A DNA stretch of 64,000 bases from Candidatus Micrarchaeota archaeon (GCA_028867335.1 JAGWGN010000002.1:9829-73828), one strand, 5' to 3'; counted from the stretch's first letter, positions 45,447-54,994 are shown. Translations and numbers: made by a program. The notes: generated by a model from the letters alone, not told the origin.

Positions 45447-46277
45447 TTACAGCCCCTCAGAGACAGTCTTCTGCCTTATTTCCTCGCTGACAGTCGAGAA
45501 CGGTATCGTGTAGTCAGCCTGCGTGACAAGCAGTATCTCCTCCCCGCTCATCATAGACGTGGTGATTCCGAGCGTTGCGCCGATTCCTGATGATAGCTCA
45601 TCCGCCTGCTGGGTCGCAAGGGCCGTCGCCTCCTCTTCCGTGCTCCCCATCGCGGTCACCGTGACGTAGTTTAGCAGCGCATGCGACTGGATCCTCCCGA
45701 TGCTCTCAAGCAGATTGTGCCACATCGTGACCTCCCCCTTCTCCCTCTCGACTACGCTCGGATTCGCCTCCTTCTCGCTCATCGATTTTTGGTATCGCTC
45801 CTCGACCTCGTTGAGCCTGTCGCGTATCTTGTTTATGTACTCGTCCTTGTTGATGAGGTACATCTGTGTGGTTATCTTGTACGGCGTCTTGCTGATGCTG
45901 ACGATCCTGCTAAAGAGCCTAGCAAAGTCAATCTTCTCCTCCTCGTTCATCTCGGTGGCGGACTTGTAGATCGGTATCTTCACAAAGGCGGTCGCGTAGA
46001 CATCGCTTCCCTCCCTTGTTATTATCGCATTGCCTGACGGGGCGATGTAGAAGGGCTCCTCGTTGCTTAAAACTATCGTCTTGTCCTTCATCCTGTAGAG
46101 AGGTATGAAGAGGTAGCTGTAGAACCTAGTCGACATGGCGAGTATGTCTATGAAGAGGGCTATTGCAAGGAAGATTATCTTTACGTAGCTCGGAATCTGC
46201 AGCGTCGAGGTCACGATCATTATCACTAATGAGATTCCAACGAACGCTACAAAGAGCAGTGACTTGAGGCTAGGCAA
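45447..46277 (-). CDS. membrane-anchored protein, paralog B (VirB3/VirB4-N-like candidate)
   Basis: 276 aa. 2-3 N-terminal TM helices, then a soluble domain (IITREGSDVYATAFVKIPIY...YKITTQMYLINKDEYINKIRDRL...). Confidence 0.55.
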   Translation of the reverse strand: MPSLKSLLFVAFVGISLVIMIVTSTLQIPSYVKIIFLAIALFIDILAMSTRFYSYLFIPLYRMKDKTIVLSNEEPFYIAPSGNAIITREGSDVYATAFVKIPIYKSATEMNEEEKIDFARLFSRIVSISKTPYKITTQMYLINKDEYINKIRDRLNEVEERYQKSMSEKEANPSVVEREKGEVTMWHNLLESIGRIQSHALLNYVTVTAMGSTEEEATALATQQADELSSGIGATLGITTSMMSGEEILLVTQADYTIPFSTVSEEIRQKTVSEGL

Positions 46278-46331
46278 TCAGATCCCTACGATACATATCC
46301 TGCAAAAATCTATAAATAACAACAGCACCCC

Positions 46332-47471
46332 TCAGAGCTTTCCTATGAATGTTCCGGAGCTGTGCGCGAATCCGCCGATGAAGTCGGAGATTGTTATCAC
46401 CGCAAAGTACGTTATCGCCATTATGAGCGCAGGGTAGAAGAGTATCGAGAGCCAGTACGCGCCCATTGAGCTTTGGATGTCGTGTAGGGTGCCCACAAGC
46501 GGGCTGGACGCCGAGATCGCATTTTGCTCTGCACCGGTTCCGGATCCGAACTGGCTAAGCTGCTGCGTTGCCTGGGCCAGCGAGGTGGCGACACCACCTT
46601 GCGTGAAGTAGAACGCGACCGCAAAGAGCAGCGGCATTATGAAGAAGAACCCTATGGCTATCGCCATGAACATCCCTCCGAGCGAGCGCGTAGGTATGAA
46701 GGCCCTGAGTATTACTCCTGGCAACAGGAAAACCGGGATGGCGGCGTACATCGCAAATATGAGTATGTAATACTCGACATTTAGCACCAGCAGGCCCTCC
46801 ATCAGCAGGTACGCAACAATCTGCGCAGGAAGCAAAAAGAACAGATCGATCGCCCCCTTGAACGCCTGAACTATGTAGCTTGTCACGAATTTCGTTATGC
46901 CCGAGGCGGCAAAGGTCCCGAACTGCCCTGTGTCGGGCACGGCACCTTGAGGCCCAAGACTCACCCCAAGAGTGTAGCTTGAGTAATACGCGTCAACGCT
47001 GTAGATGTTAAATAGCCCAGTTATCAGCGTTGTGGTTTGCGTTATGGTGCCGGTTATGTAGGTTAGCGAGGTCACATACGGGTTTTGTGGCCCGGTGAAG
47101 AGGGACGGGAGCACCCCGATCATCACCGCTGCAATGAACATGAAGAGTATAACTATCAGGGCCGTAGCGGTGGCCTCGTATATCTCACCTACCCCGAAGT
47201 CCCTCAGCCTCTGGTTTCTCAGGGCAACTCCTATTGCGAAAAGTATTGCGGCTATTGAAAATGCGACGGTCATGACCGCAAACCCAACGGGCAGCCACTG
47301 CTGCCAGGCGTTGTAGACCGCCTGGTTCACGCTGCTGCAGTACCATGGCGCAAGGTTTTGTATGTCTAGCTGGTTTGTGGCGCACGGCCCCCCTGCGCTC
47401 TGCGCATTTGCAAGCGACATGGCAAATACCACTAAAAGCGCGACAGCGACAATTGACTGGGCCATTTTCAT
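46332..47471 (-). CDS. polytopic membrane protein, tandem paralog 1 of 6 (VirB6/TrbL/CedA-like candidate)
   Basis: 379 aa. Sec-type signal peptide ...AMSLANA/QSA. Family motif PGVILRAFIPTRSLGGMFMAIAIGFFFIMP. Confidence 0.7.
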   Translation of the reverse strand: MKMAQSIVAVALLVVFAMSLANAQSAGGPCATNQLDIQNLAPWYCSSVNQAVYNAWQQWLPVGFAVMTVAFSIAAILFAIGVALRNQRLRDFGVGEIYEATATALIVILFMFIAAVMIGVLPSLFTGPQNPYVTSLTYITGTITQTTTLITGLFNIYSVDAYYSSYTLGVSLGPQGAVPDTGQFGTFAASGITKFVTSYIVQAFKGAIDLFFLLPAQIVAYLLMEGLLVLNVEYYILIFAMYAAIPVFLLPGVILRAFIPTRSLGGMFMAIAIGFFFIMPLLFAVAFYFTQGGVATSLAQATQQLSQFGSGTGAEQNAISASSPLVGTLHDIQSSMGAYWLSILFYPALIMAITYFAVITISDFIGGFAHSSGTFIGKL

Positions 47472-47480
47472 GTTTTCACC

Positions 47481-48533
47481 TTATGCGACGCTCGTGAGCA
47501 GCGAGAGGAAGTCCATCCTCTCTCCCACCGCCTGCGAGAAGTCAATTATGAATGTGTTAACTATCGTGAAGGTTATAAGAGGCAGTACAAGCGTTCCTGC
47601 CAGTGCAATTCCAAGCCATTCAAATACGGAGTTAACAATTGCGAGGACCGGACCTGTTGGGTCGCTTAGAAGGGCGACCGCATTTATCGCGTTGATCGCC
47701 GGCTGAACGGCAAGCACGCTGAGCACCTGCACCAAAAATCCGTAGGTTATCGAGACCATTATTGGGAATATGAGCCCGATTCCAAGCGCAAAGGCTATCA
47801 TCGCCCCTCCAAAGCTCCTGGTTATCCCGAAGATCCTCGCCACAAGCCCTAGCGGCAGCAGTATCGCGAAGATGAGCATAGCGGCGTCAAGCAGCAGAAG
47901 CTGCACCTGGGAGAGTATTATCAGCGAACCTATTGCAAGAGTCGACCCCTCAAGGAACTCGGCTATGGGAAGCGAGTCTAGAGTAAGCCCCAGGCTCAGA
48001 CCGAAGTTTGATATCGCCGGATTGAAGGAGTACTTTAGCTGGAAGCTCGGGGTGGATGAGAATAATATGGTCGCCCCGCCGATCACGTTGTTTAGGTAGT
48101 AGACAATGTTGCTGTTGAAATTGAATAAGTCGCACTCGGAGAGCCCGTAGATATCCGTAACCTGCGTGCAGTCGCTGTGCACCCCCCAGACTGCGGGAAT
48201 CCCTGCGGCCACACTGCCCGCCCCGGGAACCAGGTTTAGGTTTGTGAACAGGGGGATTGGGTTTATCGTGTAGACCATCAGCGCGAATCCGCTGAAAATT
48301 ATGACAAGCAGAAATGAGAAGAGCGTCTCGTACATCTTCAGCCTCGCCCACGTCCTCATCTCGCTTCTTCCCATAATCGGCGAGAGGCCGTAGATCAGGC
48401 TGGCGATAAGCATTATGACAAGGACCCCCAGGGACGCGAACGGGAACCATCCTGTGATCGGCGAGCAGAGCAGCCCGCCCACTCCGCTAGAGCAGCTTGC
48501 AGCAAACATGAGTATAGGGTCTAGCATGATCAT
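47481..48533 (-). CDS. polytopic membrane protein, tandem paralog 2 of 6
   Basis: 350 aa. Family motif LGLVARIFGITRSFGGAMIAFALGIGLIFP. ATGA overlap with paralog 3. Confidence 0.7.
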   Translation of the reverse strand: MIMLDPILMFAASCSSGVGGLLCSPITGWFPFASLGVLVIMLIASLIYGLSPIMGRSEMRTWARLKMYETLFSFLLVIIFSGFALMVYTINPIPLFTNLNLVPGAGSVAAGIPAVWGVHSDCTQVTDIYGLSECDLFNFNSNIVYYLNNVIGGATILFSSTPSFQLKYSFNPAISNFGLSLGLTLDSLPIAEFLEGSTLAIGSLIILSQVQLLLLDAAMLIFAILLPLGLVARIFGITRSFGGAMIAFALGIGLIFPIMVSITYGFLVQVLSVLAVQPAINAINAVALLSDPTGPVLAIVNSVFEWLGIALAGTLVLPLITFTIVNTFIIDFSQAVGERMDFLSLLTSVA

Positions 48534-49723
48534 ACCACCTTCTTTAGCATGTCTCTTGCCTGCAGCGAAGGGGCGCCGAGCAGGTCGGCGAATCCCTCAA
48601 GCAGGCTATAGGATATGACAAACGAAATTATTATACCGAATATCTGGAACGTCGCGTTTATTATCGAGAAGATGTAGAAGTCAAAGATGTCCACGAACTC
48701 GCTTTGCACCGCAGCCTGCGCCACCTCTCCTGCAAGGGTCTGCAGCTGCGTGAAAGGGTCCTGCGCAGTTGCCGCAGAGCCAATCGAGGAGGAGCCAAGT
48801 ATGTACTGCCCGCTGCAGTCCGCCTGCTCTAGGCAGTGGTAGTTCACCGTTGTGAATGGGTAGATGAGCGCAGGGAAGAAGATGTAGAATCCTATGAAGA
48901 GCGCAATCAGAGTGCCACCCGCCGCGCGAGTCCACGGGAACGAGCGCATCAGCACCCCTGCAAAGAGCAGGAGCGGGAAGAGGTAGTACACTATCACCAT
49001 GAAGAAGACAACCCCTATCTCTATCCCCACGACGCCCGAGACGAGAGGGCTCAAGAATCCCACCAGCAGCAGATAAGGCGTTATCCCAGCAAGCGGGGCT
49101 ATGGATATTCCCATTCCGTTTGGCATCAGGTTTATCACAAACCCTGAGGCAATGCTGTATCCGTATGAAATCCCGTTCAGCCCACTCAGCCCAGCTAGGT
49201 GGCTGACCGCATCGCTCATGTATGTCTGGCACACCGAGCTGTATATCCCCTGAATGTCCTGGTAGCCCGCGGTCGGGTTTGCCCCAAGCGCCACAAGCGG
49301 CGCGGACCCGGCCGCGCCTGCCGAGGCTATCACGGCATTGCCAAGGTTGGAGATGAACACCATGCCCCCGCTGAGCACCGCGGCGCCCCCGAAGAGCACA
49401 ACGATCATAATTATGTTAAGTACGCTCTCAAGGTACTCTGTCTTGACAAACACCAAGATCCTGGGTATCCCAAAGCCGTACCCCACGGCATACATTATCG
49501 CAAGCGCAGCAAACACCATCGCAACTATCAGGAGCGCGACCTGCAGCACAAAGCCGTAGCTGTCAAAGTTTGGCCCAAGCCATGGGAACGAGCCTGCTAT
49601 CCCCCCCTGCCCGAAGAAGTAGCTGCACGTGTTCGCGAAGTTGATGATCGATTGCGCGTGTGCAGTGCCTGTGAGTGCCATGAGGAGCGCAAACGCGGCC
49701 AGTACGAAATTTTTGACAATCAT
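48530..49723 (-). CDS. polytopic membrane protein, tandem paralog 3 of 6
   Basis: 397 aa. Signal peptide ...LTGTAHA/QSI. Family motif FAGVLMRSFPWTRAAGGTLIALFIGFYIFFP. Confidence 0.7.
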   Translation of the reverse strand: MIVKNFVLAAFALLMALTGTAHAQSIINFANTCSYFFGQGGIAGSFPWLGPNFDSYGFVLQVALLIVAMVFAALAIMYAVGYGFGIPRILVFVKTEYLESVLNIIMIVVLFGGAAVLSGGMVFISNLGNAVIASAGAAGSAPLVALGANPTAGYQDIQGIYSSVCQTYMSDAVSHLAGLSGLNGISYGYSIASGFVINLMPNGMGISIAPLAGITPYLLLVGFLSPLVSGVVGIEIGVVFFMVIVYYLFPLLLFAGVLMRSFPWTRAAGGTLIALFIGFYIFFPALIYPFTTVNYHCLEQADCSGQYILGSSSIGSAATAQDPFTQLQTLAGEVAQAAVQSEFVDIFDFYIFSIINATFQIFGIIISFVISYSLLEGFADLLGAPSLQARDMLKKVV

Positions 49724-51778
49724 CTAAACCAGCTTTCCAAGCCCTGCTATGTCTGTGTCCCCGCCAAAGAGGAACGAGACGTTCTTCATCGCCGAGAGTA
49801 TTATCAGTATGTTGAGGAAGGGTATGACAAATCCCGCCACGGACATCAGCCCGTAGACGTCCATGAACTCCATCGAGGTAGCGACTGCGGCCGATGGTAC
49901 GCACGGGGTGCTGAGTATGCCCGTCAGCTGCGGAACCTGCGAAACGAATCCGCCAAATGTGAACGCCGCCCCGAAGCCGAGCGAGATCGCCATGAGTACC
50001 GAGTCCTTTGCCTCCTCTGCCGGAAGGTTGCCTGCAAGCGGCCAGCATCCGTTGTAGTTCGCTATGGCCGAGATGCTCGGGAAGACATAAAAGTTTGGGG
50101 TCAGCGAGTTGTATATTATGTCCCTGCAGTCTGGGCTAACGTTGGGATCGCAAGGACTCTTCTCAGGCCCCCATGCTCCCCCGGTAGCGAAGGCGAGATT
50201 TATCTGTATGTTGTCAGAGCTCGATGTCTGCGTGTCGGTTGTTATCGGATTTAGCCCAACCGCAACCGCCTGCGATACCGAGTTCATGTTCCCCTTGTCG
50301 TCAGTTACCGTCAGCTTTATCGTCGGATTTGAAGCGCTAGCATATGTGTGGCTTAGTCCCTGCGGCCATCCTGTCGAGGTCTTCCCGTCCCCCCAGTCCC
50401 ATGCTATCGTTGTCTTGGGGTTCCCGGTGTTTTGGTTGTCAACGCTTCCCTGTGGCGTGACGATCAGACCAGTAGTCGGAAGGCCGTGAAGGTATATCCC
50501 AGGAAGCTGCTGCTCGTTTCCGACCTGCGTCACCTGTACCGTTGCCACACCGTACTGGTCAACATTCACCTCAAAGCTCACAGGCAGCAGTGCGCCCTTG
50601 GCAGACTGCGCAGTCTGGGAGATGGCCGCCCCCGGAATTACATCCAGATTCGCGCTCGCGCTTCCCGACTGCCCGTTGCTCTGCACGTCAAGAGTTATGG
50701 TTTGTGGGCCAGGAAGGAATGTGTGGGTTGCCGACATCCCGCTGCTAGTGGCGCTGTTGTCGTTCCAGTTCCACGTTGCCTGCGGCGGGATAGGGGCCCC
50801 GACAAGCTGGCTTGTGGTCACCCCGCTGCCCAGCATGTTGTATTCGATTATCATCACCAGCGGCAGTATTATCACAATCACCAGGGTTATCCCCATCAGG
50901 AGCCCTCCCGCGCTCCTCGTGAAGGAGATCGCCCTGAGGATTATGCCTGCGGCAAGAAGGAAAGGCCACACCACGAGCAGTATGAACATTATGACCAGCT
51001 GAGTTAGGAACATGTACATTATGAATATCCCCTGGGTCTCAAGCGGCTTTGTCATGAATGTTATCAGAGAGTATCCAGCGAAAGGCTGTGAGGCCAAGTC
51101 TATCGATAGCAGCCTAGGCACCAGCGGGTCTGCGCAGGCGGACGGCAGGCAGAGCCCCGGATCGGACTTTAGGGTGGAGAGGAATCCGATCATTCCCTCG
51201 TAGACGTAGAGCCCGTTTAGGTTCGCAGCCGCCTGATTTGTGAGGTTTGCAATCATCACGTAGCTTGAGGCAAGTCCGTAGTTCACATACGAGCTCGCGC
51301 TCCCTCCGGAGTTCTGCGAGTTCTCCACCAGCGCGCACACAAAGCTGGTCGGGTCCCCCTGCAGAAGGCTGACCTGGGAATTCTGCAAATCGCCGCACAT
51401 GTTCGTGACGTGGCTGCCGAAGTCTCCTGTTGATGTGCCCACAAGGCTTGAGTTCGAGACAAAGCTTCCGAAGAGAATGAGGACGCTTATTATCAGCACA
51501 ACGTATATCGCAGTCCCTATCGATTGGCCAAGCTCTGTTATTCCCCTCGAGCTTATCTGCCCGTCGTTTAGCAGCTTGCCGATGATGTACAGGAAGAACC
51601 CTATCGCGATCGAGATGAATATCGCGATGGAGACTATCGGGAGCCATGAGCTGAGCGATCCGAGCGGATTGGTCACCTGGGTCGGGAAGTTGATCACCTG
51701 GGCCGAGGCGGAGCCAAAGAGGATGGCGAGCGCTAGCAAAGCGAGCGAAAACGTGATTGCAGTTTTGTTGTGCGCCAT
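49724..51778 (-). CDS. polytopic membrane protein, tandem paralog 4 of 6, with two PKD-like domains inserted in an external loop
   Basis: Track ORF 49724..51808. I prefer the ATG at 51778 (MAHNKTAITFSLALLALAILFGSASA/QV), 4 nt after the upstream stop. Family motif AAGIILRAISFTRSAGGLLMGITLVIVIILP. The insert carries ATWNWNDNS...HTFLPGPQTITLDV and TIAWDWGDGKTSTGWPQGLSHTYASASNPTIKLTVTDDKGN. Confidence 0.7.
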   Translation of the reverse strand: MAHNKTAITFSLALLALAILFGSASAQVINFPTQVTNPLGSLSSWLPIVSIAIFISIAIGFFLYIIGKLLNDGQISSRGITELGQSIGTAIYVVLIISVLILFGSFVSNSSLVGTSTGDFGSHVTNMCGDLQNSQVSLLQGDPTSFVCALVENSQNSGGSASSYVNYGLASSYVMIANLTNQAAANLNGLYVYEGMIGFLSTLKSDPGLCLPSACADPLVPRLLSIDLASQPFAGYSLITFMTKPLETQGIFIMYMFLTQLVIMFILLVVWPFLLAAGIILRAISFTRSAGGLLMGITLVIVIILPLVMIIEYNMLGSGVTTSQLVGAPIPPQATWNWNDNSATSSGMSATHTFLPGPQTITLDVQSNGQSGSASANLDVIPGAAISQTAQSAKGALLPVSFEVNVDQYGVATVQVTQVGNEQQLPGIYLHGLPTTGLIVTPQGSVDNQNTGNPKTTIAWDWGDGKTSTGWPQGLSHTYASASNPTIKLTVTDDKGNMNSVSQAVAVGLNPITTDTQTSSSDNIQINLAFATGGAWGPEKSPCDPNVSPDCRDIIYNSLTPNFYVFPSISAIANYNGCWPLAGNLPAEEAKDSVLMAISLGFGAAFTFGGFVSQVPQLTGILSTPCVPSAAVATSMEFMDVYGLMSVAGFVIPFLNILIILSAMKNVSFLFGGDTDIAGLGKLV

Positions 51779-51782
51779 AAAC

Positions 51783-52967
51783 TCAGCTAAAGAGGCTCTC
51801 CGACCCAAGGAAGTTTAGCGCCGCGCTGATTCCCTTGGCAAGCCCTGCCGCCAGCCCTATCGTTATTGCAAGGTCAAGCGCTATGAGCACAGTCGTCTGG
51901 AAAATGTACCCTGCCACCTGCATCCCGACGTTTGTTACTATCGCAGGGGCCGCGAAGATGGCTGTGAGCGGATCCGAGGACTTGAGGAATGTGCTAAAGA
52001 ACTCCCCTACAGCGCTGCCGTAAAAGTTTGTGGGCAGCTGGACCCCGCCGAATCCGAAGTCCGGCTGCGGGGCCGATCCAAAGAGCGAGGACTGAGTGAG
52101 CCCAGGAACATTGTAGCTTCCAGAGTACTGCGGGTAGGGGTTTGCGCAGCTTGCCTGCGAGGGGGTGCAGTACATCCAGTTTATTATCTGTGCATCCATA
52201 ACAAAAGTCATCGGGAAGATGAAATAGAAAGCTAGTGCTATGGCGAGGAACTCGTTTGCGGCCTGCCTGAGCCTAGGCCCGGTGAAGGAGAGGCTTCGCA
52301 TTATGAGCGCTACGGGAAGCACCACAGTCAGCGCTGCTGCCTGTATGAGCGGAAGGGCGAGGAACTGCAAAAAGAGCATCGAGAAGCTTAGGACAACAAG
52401 CGGTATGAAGACATCCGTTAGAACAGTTGCGTAGTTCTTGTATATCGAGCTGAAGTCAGGTGCGCCCACGCTTGCTGCGAATATCTTGGAGTTTTTCAGC
52501 CCGGGTATCAGGGGGTTGAGCGGCAGGTCTGGCAGCGCCTCCGAGAGCCCTGTGAGCACTCCGGAATAGATCGTGAACGCTATGCTTGTGGAGTAGATGC
52601 TGTTCATCAGCCCTATCCCGTTGACAAAGAGGAGCCCTCCCACGTAATGCTGCGCAAAGGAGAACGAGTCCTGGCTGGGCTGGGTGAGTTGCAGGCTGAC
52701 ATTGCAGGCCGTTGTGGCTATCCCCATTATGATGACGATTATCAGCATGCTGATTATCGCCTGCCCAAGCTCAAATCGCACAAATCCCCTGATCCTCTCC
52801 CTCTCCCTTCCCCCTGCAAAGTTTGCGATAAGATACACAAGGCCCGCTATCGTCAGGCTGAGCAGTATGACAAGAGCGCTTATCCCGATCCAGTCGTTGC
52901 TGTTTATCCCCCCAAAAGTGCAGCTGCTTGAAACAGCGGAGGATGCTTGGAATAGTAGGTTTTGCAT
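51783..52967 (-). CDS. polytopic membrane protein, tandem paralog 5 of 6 (most divergent)
   Basis: 394 aa. Degenerate motif VALIMRSLSFTGPRLRQAANEFLAIALAFYFIFP. No obvious cleavable signal peptide. Confidence 0.65.
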   Translation of the reverse strand: MQNLLFQASSAVSSSCTFGGINSNDWIGISALVILLSLTIAGLVYLIANFAGGRERERIRGFVRFELGQAIISMLIIVIIMGIATTACNVSLQLTQPSQDSFSFAQHYVGGLLFVNGIGLMNSIYSTSIAFTIYSGVLTGLSEALPDLPLNPLIPGLKNSKIFAASVGAPDFSSIYKNYATVLTDVFIPLVVLSFSMLFLQFLALPLIQAAALTVVLPVALIMRSLSFTGPRLRQAANEFLAIALAFYFIFPMTFVMDAQIINWMYCTPSQASCANPYPQYSGSYNVPGLTQSSLFGSAPQPDFGFGGVQLPTNFYGSAVGEFFSTFLKSSDPLTAIFAAPAIVTNVGMQVAGYIFQTTVLIALDLAITIGLAAGLAKGISAALNFLGSESLFS

Positions 52968-52971
52968 AATA

Positions 52972-54183
52972 TCACTTTATCTTGAGCTTCCCGAACTCTA
53001 TGTTTATCGTTCCCCCAAGCGACTTTGCTATGCTGTCTATTATAGGGAAGGCGATCGCAAGGTCAAGGATCAAGAGCAAAAACTGAACGACCGCAGGCAT
53101 GGTGAATCTAAAAACCCCGTTCAGGCCCGGATATATCGAGCTTATGCTTGCGAGCGCGTCTGCCGCTCCCTGCCCCTGCGGCAGATAAGAAGTCGCCGAA
53201 GAGATCCACCACGGCGCAGTGGCCGATGCGCCTGCCGTTCCGGGCACTGCTATGTACGTGTTCACTATGTTGCTTATCGGCTGGTTCACTATCAGTATTA
53301 TCGATGGAAAGACTATGGTTATCCCAATCCCTATCCCTATCAGGGTCCCCCCAATCCCCCTTACGAACGGCATCGCCCTGAAGATTATCCCCATAGGTAT
53401 CATGAATGCGAGTCCGATGAATACGAGCATCGGCATGAGGTAATACTCCATCCCTATCACTGTGTAAACTGGTAGGATTATCATGCTTATCGCGTCGTTT
53501 ATCAGTGACTCGTAGCCTCCCGCATCAGGGGCTCCAGCCAGCATCGGGTTTTTGTAGATTGAGAATCCTGTCCCCAAGGTGAATGTTGGGATTGCCTGAA
53601 GGATCGTGGCCCCCAGCGGAATGGGTATGTAGTATCCCACCTGCAGGTTGCTGATTGCTCCGAGTCCCAGGCTGATCCCAAGCAGGTACCCTATGTAGTT
53701 TGCGCCTCCAAGCATCACGCTGCCCCCTGAAGGGTTTGGTTGCACAGTGCCGCAGAAAGCGAGTTGCAAATAGCTCTGAGTGGCAGTGGTCAGCGCGGAG
53801 AGCGATGCGCCCAGCGAGCTGCCTGCAGGCACGTTCACAGAAGACCCGGCAAGGCCCACTGCCACGCTTCCAAGCAGGACCATTATTGAGTATATCCCTG
53901 CGATGAGCATCGCCGACTTTGCAACCTCCCAGTACTCCTTCTTCACCCAGTTGGAGAGCTGCGTTCCGGGAACCAGCTTTCCGACTATGTATCCTATAGC
54001 GATTATGTCAAAGGAGATGCTCAAGGCGATGAGCGCAATCCCTATCAAGGGAATCTGGTTTATCGTTATGCCCACCGGTGCGGTATTTGTGCAGATGTTC
54101 TGGGCGTTTGAGACCCCGAAGAGGAAAAGGAAGAGCAGCAGTGGCGCCATTACCCTAGAAAGTCGCCCTCCCATCAAAACCAA
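52972..54183 (-). CDS. polytopic membrane protein, tandem paralog 6 of 6
   Basis: 403 aa. Signal peptide ...LFGVSNA/QNI. Family motif PMGIIFRAMPFVRGIGGTLIGIGIGITIVFP. Confidence 0.7.
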   Translation of the reverse strand: MVLMGGRLSRVMAPLLLFLFLFGVSNAQNICTNTAPVGITINQIPLIGIALIALSISFDIIAIGYIVGKLVPGTQLSNWVKKEYWEVAKSAMLIAGIYSIMVLLGSVAVGLAGSSVNVPAGSSLGASLSALTTATQSYLQLAFCGTVQPNPSGGSVMLGGANYIGYLLGISLGLGAISNLQVGYYIPIPLGATILQAIPTFTLGTGFSIYKNPMLAGAPDAGGYESLINDAISMIILPVYTVIGMEYYLMPMLVFIGLAFMIPMGIIFRAMPFVRGIGGTLIGIGIGITIVFPSIILIVNQPISNIVNTYIAVPGTAGASATAPWWISSATSYLPQGQGAADALASISSIYPGLNGVFRFTMPAVVQFLLLILDLAIAFPIIDSIAKSLGGTINIEFGKLKIK

Positions 54184-54217
54184 TAAGCTATTACAGCGAT
54201 TCTTTTTATTCCTTTCA

Positions 54218-54991
54218 TCAGGCGTTCTTGATGATAGAGAAGCGCTTCATGTACGCCTCCGCCTGGAAGATTACAAAATAAGGAAGTATGATCAGCGAGC
54301 TGATCAGCAGCACTATGTAGCGGCTTGCCTGCGTGCCGCTTATCCCTATTGCAAGGAAGTCCACGACCGAGAGCGTGACAAGCAGGAGGAAGATCCCGAA
54401 TAGGAAGTACTGCGGCTCGCGCACAACAAGCTTTGCGCTGTCCTTTATCGCGCGTATCATGTGCTTGTTGTCGATCACCATCGCCGCTGGCGCATAGAAT
54501 ATCAGCATGAATCCGATGAACCCGAAGATCGCCGTCAATATCCCTGAGATCCCGAGATAGTATCCTATCACATTGACTATTATCAGCAGGAACTGGAAGG
54601 CAAGCAGAAGCACAAAAACCTTGGCGGTGTATTTCTCTATGCCCTTGAGCACCCCCCTGCCCGTCTTCACGTGCGTCCTTGTTGACTTGACTATCAGGCT
54701 GATTGCGACAAGGGCGAAGCTGAGGAACAAGAGAGAGACGAAGATTGGTATTACGATTGCGACAAGGCTGATTATGTTTAGGTTGATGAATATGCTTGCG
54801 CTCCTAAGGAATATCCCCCCGGAGGTTATGTAGGTGGGGAGCGGCGCGAGCACAGGTATCAGAAAGGAGATCAAAAATGGGATGGAGAAGAGAGCTATGA
54901 ACTTGAGGTTCTCGCTGTACGTCTCAAAGGAGTCCTCGATTATGCCTGCCATGAATACCAATACGCATTGGAGTGCAATAAATAAAAACAC
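54218..54991 (-). CDS. polytopic membrane protein (about 6 TM), unknown function
   Basis: 257 aa, almost entirely hydrophobic helices. 3 nt from the upstream gene. Confidence 0.6.
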   Translation of the reverse strand: MFLFIALQCVLVFMAGIIEDSFETYSENLKFIALFSIPFLISFLIPVLAPLPTYITSGGIFLRSASIFINLNIISLVAIVIPIFVSLLFLSFALVAISLIVKSTRTHVKTGRGVLKGIEKYTAKVFVLLLAFQFLLIIVNVIGYYLGISGILTAIFGFIGFMLIFYAPAAMVIDNKHMIRAIKDSAKLVVREPQYFLFGIFLLLVTLSVVDFLAIGISGTQASRYIVLLISSLIILPYFVIFQAEAYMKRFSIIKNA

Positions 54992-54994
54992 ATC

